From: an uncultured Planctomycetaceae bacterium
GTDB lineage: Bacteria; Planctomycetota; Planctomycetia; Isosphaerales; Isosphaeraceae
Assembly: GCA_963833985.1 (NCBI GenBank)
Contig: CAWIAD010000001.1
Location: 2,656,001 to 2,720,000, forward strand
DNA length: 64,000 nt
Direction of reading: 5' to 3'
How positions within the stretch are numbered: position 1 is the stretch's first letter; each line of letters begins with the position of its first letter. Made by a program: the position numbers and the translations under genes. Below, in pieces: positions 10,893-20,454 of this stretch. Below the pieces are notes generated by a model, which did not search any database, was not told the origin of the DNA, and was given only the letters and a program-made list of their open reading frames with translations.

Positions 10893-12140
10893 ATGCCAGA
10901 GCACGAAACCCTTCATACCGGCCGGCGCGCGTTCTTGCAGGCTGGCGCGGTGGCCACGGCGGCTGCGGTTCATTCGGCCTCGACCCCGGCGGCAGCCGGC
11001 GCACAGCAGGAGGCGACCAAGCCGGTGGAGCTGCCCCGGCGGACCCTGGGCAAGTCGGGCGTGCCGGTGACCATCCTCGAGCAGGGAACCGTGCTCGGAG
11101 CCGGGTTCGACCGCGTCATGCGGCTCTCCTATGCCAGTGGCGTCCGGGTTTTTGACACCGCCAAGGTCTACCGCTCAGAAGGTCTGTTCAAGAAGTGGTT
11201 CGAACAGTCGCCCGATGTCCGCAAGCAGATCTTCCTCGTCACCAAGGACATGGTCCACACGCCGTCACAGATGCTGAAGATGGTGGACGAGCGTCTGGCA
11301 GCGCTTGGGACTGACTACATCGACATGTATTTCATCCATGGGCTGGGCGATGAGCACTCGCTCGATGACGCGATCAACCTCGTCAAGGGCCGGGAACTCA
11401 AGGAAGTGGCGGAGGCGCTGCGGAAGTCGGGCAAGGCGAAGTTCATCGGTTTCTCCACGCACCACAAGAACCGCGCCCAGATCATGGACGCCGCCGCCGG
11501 TGCGGGCATCGTCGACGCCATCATGCTCCAGTACCACCCCTGGCTCGACAAGGACTCGCCGCTGAACAAGGCGATCGACGCCTGCTGGAAGAAGGGCATC
11601 GGCCTGATCTCCATGAAGCAGATTGCCAGCCATTATTTCGGCGATGCCCCCAAGGGGAACATCCTCGACGACGTGGTTGCCAAGGTGCCCTTGCTCAAGG
11701 AGCGCAACCTCACGAAATTCCAGGGGTTACTGCACGCCATCTGGACCGATGAGCGGATCAGCTGCGTGTGCACGTCGATGCGGAACACCGACCAGATTCG
11801 CCAGAACGTGGATGCCGCCCGGCGCTACGAGCCGGTCAAGGACGCAGACATCTCGCAGCTCCGCGACGCCCTGCTCGCCGCCGGGCCCATGATGTGCGCC
11901 GATTGCGACGGCCGCTGCTCCGAAGCAGGCGCAACCAGCGCCGAGCTGGGGAACCTGACGCGGTTCCTCACCTATCACGAGCATCACGGATATCGCGCCG
12001 AGGCCCGGCGGCAGTACGCCCAGCTTCCGGCCGAAGCGCGCGACTGGACCGGCGCCGACCTGGAGGCCGCACGAGCGGCCTGCCCGAACCGGCTTGACTT
12101 CGCCCGGCTCTTGCCCGAGGTGGACCGGCTACTCGGTTAA
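10893..12140 (+). CDS. Tat-exported aldo/keto reductase with C-terminal Cys cluster
   Basis: GRRAFLQ Tat motif; FDTAKVY; FLVTK; IGFSTH; CADCDGRC...CPNRLDF. Confidence 0.88.
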   Translation: MPEHETLHTGRRAFLQAGAVATAAAVHSASTPAAAGAQQEATKPVELPRRTLGKSGVPVTILEQGTVLGAGFDRVMRLSYASGVRVFDTAKVYRSEGLFKKWFEQSPDVRKQIFLVTKDMVHTPSQMLKMVDERLAALGTDYIDMYFIHGLGDEHSLDDAINLVKGRELKEVAEALRKSGKAKFIGFSTHHKNRAQIMDAAAGAGIVDAIMLQYHPWLDKDSPLNKAIDACWKKGIGLISMKQIASHYFGDAPKGNILDDVVAKVPLLKERNLTKFQGLLHAIWTDERISCVCTSMRNTDQIRQNVDAARRYEPVKDADISQLRDALLAAGPMMCADCDGRCSEAGATSAELGNLTRFLTYHEHHGYRAEARRQYAQLPAEARDWTGADLEAARAACPNRLDFARLLPEVDRLLG

Positions 12141-12881
12141 TCCGACCCGCTTTGGCTGGACATCACTTTGTTGGCTCCGCCGGAAGAGCGGTACCTGCTT
12201 GTCGGTGGCGAGCACCGCGCAGGCGGCCGCAAAAAGGACCACGAGGAAATGGGCCAGGAGCCGGGTGGCTCCCCGGCCAGGCATGGGTGAGAGGTCCCAC
12301 TCCAGCGGGAACACAACCGTGTGAACCAGGTTGTACACGATGGCGCCAAGCGTTGCCCCCATGGTGCCAGCCGACAACCCCCGGCCGGCACCCGCCGGCC
12401 CGCTCAGGCCCATACCAAAGGCCAGGCCTGACGCGCCCCCGATGAAGGCGTACATCGCCGTATGCACCAGCAGGGGGAGCGCCGGGCTGGGGGGCCGCCC
12501 CGCATACTTGTAGAACAGGGGAACCAGCGAGAGCGGCCCGGCCGATCCAGCCAGGCCGCCGAGGAACATCCCGATCAGGCCGCTTGAGGTGATGATTGCG
12601 GCCGTCGATCGCCGCGCCAGGCCGCCTCCCACCCCGAGGGCCAGCCCCGAGACCCCGCCGAAGATGCCCATGAGCAGCGCGGTGTTGTTCGTCTCCGCCC
12701 GATGACGTGATGCCAGCAGGAAGGCCAGAGGTGGCTCATGCACGGGTCCGCCCGCCACACCCTGCACATCGCCGCGCCTCTCCCAGCGGAACAAGCCGAG
12801 AAACTGCTCGCTCACCAGCCAGCCCAGTGACGCGGCGATGAGAGCGGATCCGACGGCGCATCGCCAGGTGTCCACCCGCAT
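12129..12881 (-). CDS. Hypothetical Gly-rich multi-pass membrane protein
   Basis: Several TM segments; a strong RBS (GAGGAGG) precedes an out-of-frame ATG at ~12967, so the true start may be frameshifted. Confidence 0.65.
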   Translation of the reverse strand: MRVDTWRCAVGSALIAASLGWLVSEQFLGLFRWERRGDVQGVAGGPVHEPPLAFLLASRHRAETNNTALLMGIFGGVSGLALGVGGGLARRSTAAIITSSGLIGMFLGGLAGSAGPLSLVPLFYKYAGRPPSPALPLLVHTAMYAFIGGASGLAFGMGLSGPAGAGRGLSAGTMGATLGAIVYNLVHTVVFPLEWDLSPMPGRGATRLLAHFLVVLFAAACAVLATDKQVPLFRRSQQSDVQPKRVGLTE

Positions 12882-13264
12882 GGCCGCGCGGACTTTCTCC
12901 GGGTGGTTCTCGGCGTGGCGAGGACCGGCGCTGCGCCGGGCCTTGGCCAGTCTTCATCTTGGCGCATGTCCTCCTCGCGCACGGTCCGGCGGGTGAGCGT
13001 CAATGTGACCTCGCATCTCAAGTCTTTCGTATGCTCGGCATGGCCCGCAAGACGAAGCGCGCGGCCGGAACGCCCGCCAAACCAGGGTGACGAGCGCACG
13101 GATATGACCGGACCACGGACTCCTTCCCACGCGGGAGAGCCCTCTTTTGAACACGGATTCTATCTGAGGATCCTCACGCCGTCCACCGCCCTGTTGTCGG
13201 CGGCATGGAAATCTGTCACGAATCAACATCCATTGTCTTACGATCGCGTGGTATCACCTCGAAC

Positions 13265-13759
13265 TCAAAAACGCGGGCGGCGGCGCACCCCGCGGCGATT
13301 TCCGGCGCGGGAGGCTGCTCGGCGATCGATCGTGCCCGGGCCTGCGCACTGGTTCAGGTCGAGGCCGAATTGCCAGGCCCCGGCTTCCCGGCAGGACTCC
13401 TCGAAGAGCCGCGCGGCGCCCAGCGCGTGGGCACGCACGCCGGCAGTCCGGCCCTCGCGCACCTTCACGCCCGCGGCCGCAAGTTTGATCAGCGCCTGGA
13501 GTAACTTTGCAGTCGGTCCTCGGCGGCCGTGAGCATGCCAGAGGGCCTCCCAGCTCTCGTGCGCTTCCCAGTAATAGCCGGCGTTGAACAGCACGATGCC
13601 CCGAAGATATGCGGGCGAATCCTGCCACTGGTCGGCCCTGACCGGGCTCACCGCCTGTGGCTCCCTGCCGCGGAGATGGCCCTGCGGCGAGCTGGTCGGG
13701 TGTGGCCACGGACCGCCGGGCACGTAAGAATAGGGCGGCAGCGATGGCTCGCTGGACAT
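13265..13759 (-). CDS. DUF309 domain protein
   Basis: PPYSYVPG..PHP; GIVLFNAGYYWEAHESWEALW; LQALIKLAAA. Confidence 0.85.
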   Translation of the reverse strand: MSSEPSLPPYSYVPGGPWPHPTSSPQGHLRGREPQAVSPVRADQWQDSPAYLRGIVLFNAGYYWEAHESWEALWHAHGRRGPTAKLLQALIKLAAAGVKVREGRTAGVRAHALGAARLFEESCREAGAWQFGLDLNQCAGPGTIDRRAASRAGNRRGVRRRPRF

Positions 13760-13833
13760 CGCCAGGCGGTCTCCTGGTAAGCTGGCGGACTCTCGTACCA
13801 GATGCATTTTCGGAGTTGCCGGCGAGCCTGTCC

Positions 13834-15228
13834 ATGGAAGTTCCACCGATCGTCGTGATCAACGCCGTCGGCCTGACCTCGCGGCTGCTGCCACTGGCTC
13901 CTCGACTGCAAAGCCTGGCCCGATCCGGCTGGTCTCGCCCGCTCGAGGAAGCAGTCCCCGCCGTGACCTGCACGGCCCAGGCCAGTATGCTCACCGGCAA
14001 GCCTCCCGGCGTCCACGGCATCGTTGGGAATGGCTGGCTCTACCGCGAGACTGGCGAGGTGCGCTTCTGGCAGCAGTCGAGCCGCCTGCTACAAGCCGAG
14101 CCCGTCTACGCCGCCGCCGGACGCAGGGCCGCCGAACGTGGGCGCAAGTTCCGCGCGGCGAAGCTTTTCTGGTGGTTCAACCAGGGCGCCGAGGTTGCCA
14201 TCAGCGTGACACCGAAACCGTACTATGGTGCCGATGGCAACAAGGTCTTCGGCATCACCGGTACTCCGGAAGGACTGACCGGCCGGCTCGAGCAAGCCCT
14301 CGGCAGATTCCCGTTCCACACTTTCTGGGGACCGAATGCGGGGCTGCCGTGCACGACATGGATTGCCCGGGCTGCGGCGCAGGTACTCGCCCAGGAACGG
14401 CCCGACCTCACGCTCGTCTACCTGCCTCACCTTGATTACGACACCCAGCGATTCGGCCCCTCCGGATCCGACATGGCGCGGCTGGTCGGCGAGCTCGACG
14501 CCGCGTGCGAACCGCTGCTGGAGAGTGCTCGTTCGAATGGATCGCGCGTCTGGGTGGTCAGCGAATACGGCCACTGCGACGTGGACAGGCCGGTCTTCTT
14601 GAACCGAGCGCTGCGCCAGGCCGGCCTGCTCGACGTTCGACCCGGACCCTTCGGCGAGGTGCTCGACACCTTCACCAGCCGCGCCTTCGCGGTCTGCGAC
14701 CACCAGCTTGCGCACGTCTACGTAGCGCAGCAACATGACCTTGAAAGAGTGCGGGAGCTGCTGGCCCTGGCGGCCGGCGTCCAGCGCGTGTTCGCCGGGC
14801 AAGAGCGCCAGGAACTGGGCCTGAACCATGCGCGCGCCGGTGAGTTCGTCGTGCTCGCGGAGCCGCGCTTGTGGTTCGCCTATCCCTACTGGCTCGACGA
14901 CCGCCAGGCCCCCGATTTCGCCCGCACGGTCGACATCCACCGCAAGCCGGGCTATGACCCGTGCGAGCTCTTCTTCGACCCCGCGCTGCTCTGGCCGAAG
15001 GGACGGGCCATCCGCCGCTTGATCCAGAAGAAACTCGGCTTCCGCACGCTCTTCGACGTCGTCCCCCTGGATGCGTCGCTGGTGCGGGGAAGCCACGGAT
15101 TGCCGGCGCCTGACATCCAGGACAAGCCGATCCTCATCGCCGACGGGCCTCAGCCCGCCAACAGCGGCTCGCTGCCAATGACCCAATTGCAGGAGCTGCT
15201 CCTGAGTGCGCTCGTTCCAGACTCATAG
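13834..15228 (+). CDS. Alkaline-phosphatase superfamily nucleotide pyrophosphatase/phosphodiesterase
   Basis: PAVTCTAQASMLTG..HGIVGNGW; YLPHLDY; VSEYG; DHQLAHVY; VDIHRKPGYDPCELF; GSHG. Confidence 0.9.
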   Translation: MEVPPIVVINAVGLTSRLLPLAPRLQSLARSGWSRPLEEAVPAVTCTAQASMLTGKPPGVHGIVGNGWLYRETGEVRFWQQSSRLLQAEPVYAAAGRRAAERGRKFRAAKLFWWFNQGAEVAISVTPKPYYGADGNKVFGITGTPEGLTGRLEQALGRFPFHTFWGPNAGLPCTTWIARAAAQVLAQERPDLTLVYLPHLDYDTQRFGPSGSDMARLVGELDAACEPLLESARSNGSRVWVVSEYGHCDVDRPVFLNRALRQAGLLDVRPGPFGEVLDTFTSRAFAVCDHQLAHVYVAQQHDLERVRELLALAAGVQRVFAGQERQELGLNHARAGEFVVLAEPRLWFAYPYWLDDRQAPDFARTVDIHRKPGYDPCELFFDPALLWPKGRAIRRLIQKKLGFRTLFDVVPLDASLVRGSHGLPAPDIQDKPILIADGPQPANSGSLPMTQLQELLLSALVPDS

Positions 15229-15341
15229 CACTTCGGCCATACGGCCGCTACCGTGTGCCGCCCAGGGACCAGACGAGGTAAGATGGTGAGGGTTGTGCAA
15301 ACCAAACGCCAGGCACTCCCCGGCACGGAGCGGACAAGCTC

Positions 15342-15971
15342 ATGGCAACTCTGAATTTGCAACGCGCTGAGCAAGCCGGGCTCGTTCTCACGCCCGAGCT
15401 GGCCGGCACGCTCATGACTCCGGAGGAGTTCCACAACGCCGACGATGCCGATGAGAACTTTCGGTACGAGCTGATCCATGGAGTGCTTGTCGTGACCCCT
15501 CCCCCTCTCGAAGAAGAGCGCGGGCCGAATGAGGAGCTTGGAGTCCTGCTGCACATCTACCGGATGCAGCATGCGCAGGGCCGGGCGCTTGACGAAACTC
15601 TCTCGGAGCAGCATGTCAGAACGCTGGAAAATACGCGTCGTGCTGACCGGGTGATCTGGGCAGGGTTAGGACGGACGCCAAACCCCCGCAAGGACGCGCC
15701 TGCCATCGTTGTCGAGTTTGTATCCGAGGGCAAACGGAACCGGCTTCGTGACTATCACGAGAAACGCGCGGAGTACCTTGCGTCCGGCATCCACGAATAC
15801 TGGATCATTGACCGGTTCGCCCGCAAGCTGACCGTCTGCCGAAGCATCGGACCCGACCTGGAGATCGCGCCCGGTCAGGTCTATGAGACACCTCTGCTCC
15901 CGGGCTTCGAGCTTCCCCTGGCGAGGCTGCTTGCGGTGGCTGACCGCTGGCGCGCCAGCAAGCAAGGCTAG
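15342..15971 (+). CDS. Uma2 family endonuclease
   Basis: RYELIHGVLVV; PAIVVEFVS; RDYHEKRAEY..GIHEYWIID; LLPGFEL. Confidence 0.9.
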   Translation: MATLNLQRAEQAGLVLTPELAGTLMTPEEFHNADDADENFRYELIHGVLVVTPPPLEEERGPNEELGVLLHIYRMQHAQGRALDETLSEQHVRTLENTRRADRVIWAGLGRTPNPRKDAPAIVVEFVSEGKRNRLRDYHEKRAEYLASGIHEYWIIDRFARKLTVCRSIGPDLEIAPGQVYETPLLPGFELPLARLLAVADRWRASKQG

Positions 15972-16030
15972 ACGACTGGTTGCCCCCTGGCTCTGTTGAT
16001 CAACGCGTATCAACTCTGTCAATTTCTTCT

Positions 16031-16200
16031 TCATCCCACACTTGCCGGCTCGTCCTTCAGATTCCAGCGGATTCGCATGCTCCGAGACTGCACAGCACGC
16101 ACCGGAGTCGCGATGTCGGGTTGGGATTTTGACCGTTTTCGAGTCGACTCAGGGCCGGGGAATCGAGACCCGACCGTTGGGTCACCTCGGCAAGAATCTT
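16031..16200 (-). pseudogene. Degenerate XRE-type HTH (antitoxin-like) fragment
   Basis: LAEVTQRSGLDSPALSRLENGQNPNPT, then a frameshifted tail MRIRWNLKDEPASVG*; no intact N-terminus. Confidence 0.6.
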
Positions 16201-16449
16201 ACGTGTTGCATGTCGGGAAATATCGCCGCGGTGCGGCTGGAATCGCCAGGATGGAAGTCCCATCCGTGGTTTCCACTATTGACCTGGGGCTGACGCGGCC
16301 GGCTCTGACCTGTCGCCGCGGTGCGACTGAAAACCGATCACATTGGTCGGAAAACCTACGCGGCAGAGGTCCGGATCTGACTTCTGATCCGGTCGCGCCT
16401 CTGGTATTTTGCGCGCTGCTGGAAAATCGCGGACGAATCGCGGCGATAG

Positions 16450-16731
16450 ATGATGACGAGCATTCCCTTCGACTGGCTGATCTGCCGCACGACACTCCGG
16501 GAAGTCGAATCGCAACTGGCCGCCGACGGAGCGCCCGAGGTCTGGCTGGAAGCGTGGCAGTTGTTCCGGAGCCAGATCGAGCGTGACGACGAACTCTGGG
16601 AGTACGACGCCCTGGTGGAGGATGAATCTGTCCCGGCGGACCGGTCGGAAAGCTCGGACAGGCGAACTGGCTACGCGATTCTACGCTTCGGAGAAGTCGT
16701 GAATTCGATCCCTTGCTCGCCGTGGTCGTAG
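16450..16731 (+). CDS. Small acidic hypothetical protein
   Basis: Protein-like composition (IPFDWL...DELWEY...RTGYAILRFGEVV). Confidence 0.65.
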   Translation: MMTSIPFDWLICRTTLREVESQLAADGAPEVWLEAWQLFRSQIERDDELWEYDALVEDESVPADRSESSDRRTGYAILRFGEVVNSIPCSPWS

Positions 16732-16778
16732 CCGCTGCGGAACGGACCGGGGCCCGATAGCCTGCAAATGGTGAATCG

Positions 16779-17129
16779 ATGGTTGCGATTTTTGACTGGC
16801 TTCAACACATGCTCGGCAGTGAGGCAAGGGCCGGGGTCGCCGCGTTTCTGGCGTGCCTCGCAGTCTCCACCGTGCTCGGCGTCGGACTATTCCATGGGCT
16901 CGCCTGGCTGTCATTGCGTCTCGTCTCCTGGAAAGACGTATGCCCGACTTGCCGGCGGAGGAGCCTGGCCGTGTGCTGGTGCGACGAAACGGACGAGGAT
17001 GGAACGGAGTATTCTTACTCGCGGTGTGATGACTGCGGAGCAAGGTATAGAGTTCGATACCACGGTGAGTGGGAAGACGCCTCCGCAGCCACTTTTGATG
17101 CGAAATACGAGCAGGATGGAAATCGCTGA
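16779..17129 (+). CDS. Small membrane-anchored zinc-ribbon-like protein
   Basis: TM helix followed by CPTC ... CDDC. Confidence 0.6.
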   Translation: MVAIFDWLQHMLGSEARAGVAAFLACLAVSTVLGVGLFHGLAWLSLRLVSWKDVCPTCRRRSLAVCWCDETDEDGTEYSYSRCDDCGARYRVRYHGEWEDASAATFDAKYEQDGNR

Positions 17130-17393
17130 GACCTGCGCATGAGACAGGCCGCACCAGAATGCACGGCACTGCGTGTTTGACCCAGGGCGTTCTTTGCGAA
17201 CTCGTTCTTCGTGCCCTTAGTGTGCTTCGTGGTTCTCCTGGATTTGTTCGGCGCAGTCGCTGTCCGGCGTCACATGCGGCCGGACATGCGATGCGAGTTG
17301 CGTGTATATCCCCTGTCCCGATCAGTGCCCTTCGTGGTTGGCTGATCGCGCGACGACAGAAGGAAGAGCAGGAAAGAACAGACTATACACCCT

Positions 17394-17540
17394 TGGATCG
17401 AACGGCGGTTGCAGGAACTTGCGGAGATCTTCGCCGTGGCCGTGGGCGGGTTCGCGAATCTTGACAACCACCTGCACCTGCTGGTGCGGCTCGACCCGGA
17501 TGTGGCGGCGGGGTGGTCGGATGAGGACATCGTGTGGTGA
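17394..17540 (+). pseudogene. Fragment of a REP-associated tyrosine (HUH) transposase
   Basis: Frame not listed in the ORF track reads WIERRLQELAEIFAVAVGGFANLDNHLHLLVRLDPDVAAGWSDEDIVW*; contains the NHLHLL HUH motif. Confidence 0.75.
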
Positions 17541-17621
17541 TCATCCTCGTTGCCATCCGGGTAGTCGAGCATGGCCTGCGCGCGCAACTCCATGTCCGGC
17601 ATCTTCCACCCCTCGCCCGAG

Positions 17622-18521
17622 TTACTTCGCGTCAAGAAGGCCTGCGGTCGCGGCGTCCGCCCTCAATTGCGACAGCGCTGCCGCCACGAGCGGCGAATCG
17701 CCGCGATCCATGCCGATGAGCAGCGAGTCGATGGTGTCGTGGCCGGCAAAGAAGCGCAGTTTCCTCTCCAGCTTCGCGCGGTCCCGGCCGGGGCCGTGAC
17801 GGACCACCTCCTCGATGAAGCGGGCTCCTCCCGTCTGGTACAGGTAGGAAAGCTCGTAGTCCGGGTCCCCGATCGAGGCATCACCCCAATCGATGATACC
17901 TGTGATGCGCGCCGCCTCGGGTGAATACCGAATGTGGTCGGTCGCCAGGTCGGCGTGCAGCAGGGCAGGCTCGTATTCCAGCAGTGCAGTGTCAGAGAGG
18001 TAGATGTCGAAGAGTCGCTCGATGTAATCGCGGACGGAGCGTTCGACCAGTGGATAGACCTGGAGGCGAGCCAGTTCAAGGTCTTCGGCGAAGCCCGGCC
18101 TCGGGTCCTCGTCCACCACACCCCAGGAGCGGGCCTCGGCGACGGGGATGGCCCGCAGAGCCGTCAGAAGGCCCGCGATGTCTCGGATCGCGCGCTCCCG
18201 CGTCTGGCCGGTCAGGTCGCGAGGCAGTGGTATACCTGGGATGAGCCGGTGACCGGTGAACGCATGCCCGGAGCTCGCCTGCTGCCCGACGTACTCGATG
18301 CGGGGGATGGGCAGGTCCAGCCGGGGACTGAGCTTGGGGAGGAGGGCGATCTCTCGCTGGATACGCCCCACCGCCTCGGTGTGCTTGGGGAACCGGAACA
18401 CGAACTCATCGGCGACGAGGAAAGCCCGGTTGTCCATGCCCTCTCCGAGCGAGGCGAATGATGCCCCACGCAAATCAGGGGCGACCCGAAGAATATCCGA
18501 CTGGAACGAGTCCATGTCCAT
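17622..18521 (-). CDS. APH/choline-kinase family phosphotransferase
   Basis: LGEGMDN; FVFRFPK; LLHADL; GIIDWGDASIGDPDYE. Confidence 0.9.
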   Translation of the reverse strand: MDMDSFQSDILRVAPDLRGASFASLGEGMDNRAFLVADEFVFRFPKHTEAVGRIQREIALLPKLSPRLDLPIPRIEYVGQQASSGHAFTGHRLIPGIPLPRDLTGQTRERAIRDIAGLLTALRAIPVAEARSWGVVDEDPRPGFAEDLELARLQVYPLVERSVRDYIERLFDIYLSDTALLEYEPALLHADLATDHIRYSPEAARITGIIDWGDASIGDPDYELSYLYQTGGARFIEEVVRHGPGRDRAKLERKLRFFAGHDTIDSLLIGMDRGDSPLVAAALSQLRADAATAGLLDAK

Positions 18522-19062
18522 CACGATGGCTGATCCCCGGTTAGTGGCCCTGCAGGGCCTGAGGTGCCCCAGGAGGAGATCAAATTGCGTGCTGGGTCGC
18601 GAGATCCGCAGCTTTTGCAGCGTAAACTGATTATGACGGTGCAGCGCGCGGGCTCCTTGACAATTCGGCCGTTTGTGAGGAGACCGCGCGCCGTCGAGGC
18701 CCGGCGGCACGCGGAGGTCCGGTCTGCCTCAACCCGGCAGAAGGTGATCCGCAACGAGCAAGGTGAAAAAAGAAGTCTTCGCGAAGCCAATCAAAAACGG
18801 AATCTAACTTGTTCTGCCGCAAGGCGTAGCGCCCGATGGCTTTGCTTGCGGGATACCGAGAACGAACCCAAACGCGGCCACTTAATAATTCTCTTCCGCA
18901 CCTGGAGAACGATCCCCGGCGTTCGTCCGGGTTGAAGACTGCCTGAGTGCACGATGGACAGGGCCGGGGCCGTCGATTAGCCTTGAAACTCCGCCACGTC
19001 TTTCCGCCCGGGAACAGGGACGATTCATCCATCCCGCCTTGTCACAACGAGGAGAAGCGCTC

Positions 19063-20292
19063 ATGAGCGACCAGTCCGAGGGCACGAGTCTGTCGATCGA
19101 TCGCCGCGGCTTCCTGGAAGCCGGGGCAGGGGCCCTGGCTGCCGCGGCCATCGCCGGGGAGGGTACCACGTCGAACGCCCAGGCCCAGGCGCCGGACCAG
19201 CCGCCGGTGCTCCCCAAGAGGCCACTGGGCCGCACGGGGGTCGAGGTGTCGATGCTCAGCCTGGGCACGTGGCTCAGCCCCGGGGGCGAGCGCCTCTTGC
19301 GCTATGCGTGGGCGAATGGCATCCGTTATGTCGATACGGCCAAGACCTACGGCTCGGAACCGATGATCGCGCGCTGGCTGGCCGGCATGCCGGGCGCCCG
19401 TAAGGATCTGTTCCTGGTCACCAAGGACCAGCCCAACACCCCGAAGCAACTGATCGCCCAGCTCGACCAGAGGCTCGCCGCGCTTCAGACGGATTATGTC
19501 GACCTCATCTTCCTGCATGCCGCGGGCGATCGGAACTTCGATCTCGAGATGCAGTGGATTCTCGGTCCGGAGCTCAAGCAGGTTGCCAATGCCATCCGGC
19601 AGTCCGGCAAGGCGAAGTTCGTCGGCTTCTCGACGCACCACCCCCAGCGTGCCGCGCTGCTTCAGGCCGCGGCCCAGAGCGGCTATCTCGACGCCATCAT
19701 GCTCCAGAACAACCCCTGGATCGCACAGGATGATGACCTGAACCGCGCCCTCGACGCCTGCTTCAATCAAGGAATTGGCCTGATCTCGATGAAGCAGGTG
19801 GCCGGCAACATGAACCTGAACGAGATCGGCTTGCTGCTGCCGGAACTGACCCAGCAAGGCCTGAGTCCGTACCAGGCCCTGCTCCAGGCCATCTGGAGCG
19901 ACCAGCGGTTCGCCTCGGTCTGCGTGTCGATGCGGAACACCGACCAGATCCGCCAGAACGCCGCGGCGCTTCGCATGTTCCAGCCCATGAACCAGACCGC
20001 GATCGATCGCCTGCGCGATGCCTGCATCGCCGCGGGTCCAACTCTGTGCGCCTCGTGCGACGGCCGATGCAGCCGGGCCGCGGGAACCACGGCCGAGCTC
20101 GGGAACCTGACTCGCTTTCTGACCTACCACGACCATCACGGATACCGTGCCGAGGCGAGGCGGCTGTACGCGCAGCTTGACCCGGCCGCGCGCGACTGGC
20201 GCGGAGCCGACCTGGAAGCCGCGCGGCAGGCCTGCGTGAACAGGCTCGATTTCGCCAGGCTGCTGCCGCGGGCCGAGGAGTGCCTGGGCTGA
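19063..20292 (+). CDS. Tat-exported aldo/keto reductase, paralog of 10893-12140
   Basis: DRRGFLE Tat motif; VDTAKTY; VGFSTH; SMRNTDQIRQN; CASCDGRC; GGAGA RBS. Confidence 0.88.
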   Translation: MSDQSEGTSLSIDRRGFLEAGAGALAAAAIAGEGTTSNAQAQAPDQPPVLPKRPLGRTGVEVSMLSLGTWLSPGGERLLRYAWANGIRYVDTAKTYGSEPMIARWLAGMPGARKDLFLVTKDQPNTPKQLIAQLDQRLAALQTDYVDLIFLHAAGDRNFDLEMQWILGPELKQVANAIRQSGKAKFVGFSTHHPQRAALLQAAAQSGYLDAIMLQNNPWIAQDDDLNRALDACFNQGIGLISMKQVAGNMNLNEIGLLLPELTQQGLSPYQALLQAIWSDQRFASVCVSMRNTDQIRQNAAALRMFQPMNQTAIDRLRDACIAAGPTLCASCDGRCSRAAGTTAELGNLTRFLTYHDHHGYRAEARRLYAQLDPAARDWRGADLEAARQACVNRLDFARLLPRAEECLG

Positions 20293-20305
20293 GGCGGAGC
20301 AAAAA

Positions 20306-20340
20306 CAGCAGCGAAGATCCAGCAGCGAAGATCCAGCAGC
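20306..20340. repeat. Short tandem repeat CAGCAGCGAAGATC x2.5
   Basis: Seen directly after the AKR stop codon. Confidence 0.7.
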
Positions 20341-20454
20341 AGCGGCGCTGGAGGTGACTCTCGGACCGAGTTGAGCTTTTCAGCGCCTCCTCTTTTGCTA
20401 TGCTCGCGGCATGGCCGGCCCCACCTCCGGGGGCGCCGATCTCAGGAGGATGCC

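Noticed and set aside
17622..18521. Bona fide aminoglycoside resistance gene
   Set aside because: Only superfamily motifs are visible; substrate cannot be inferred.
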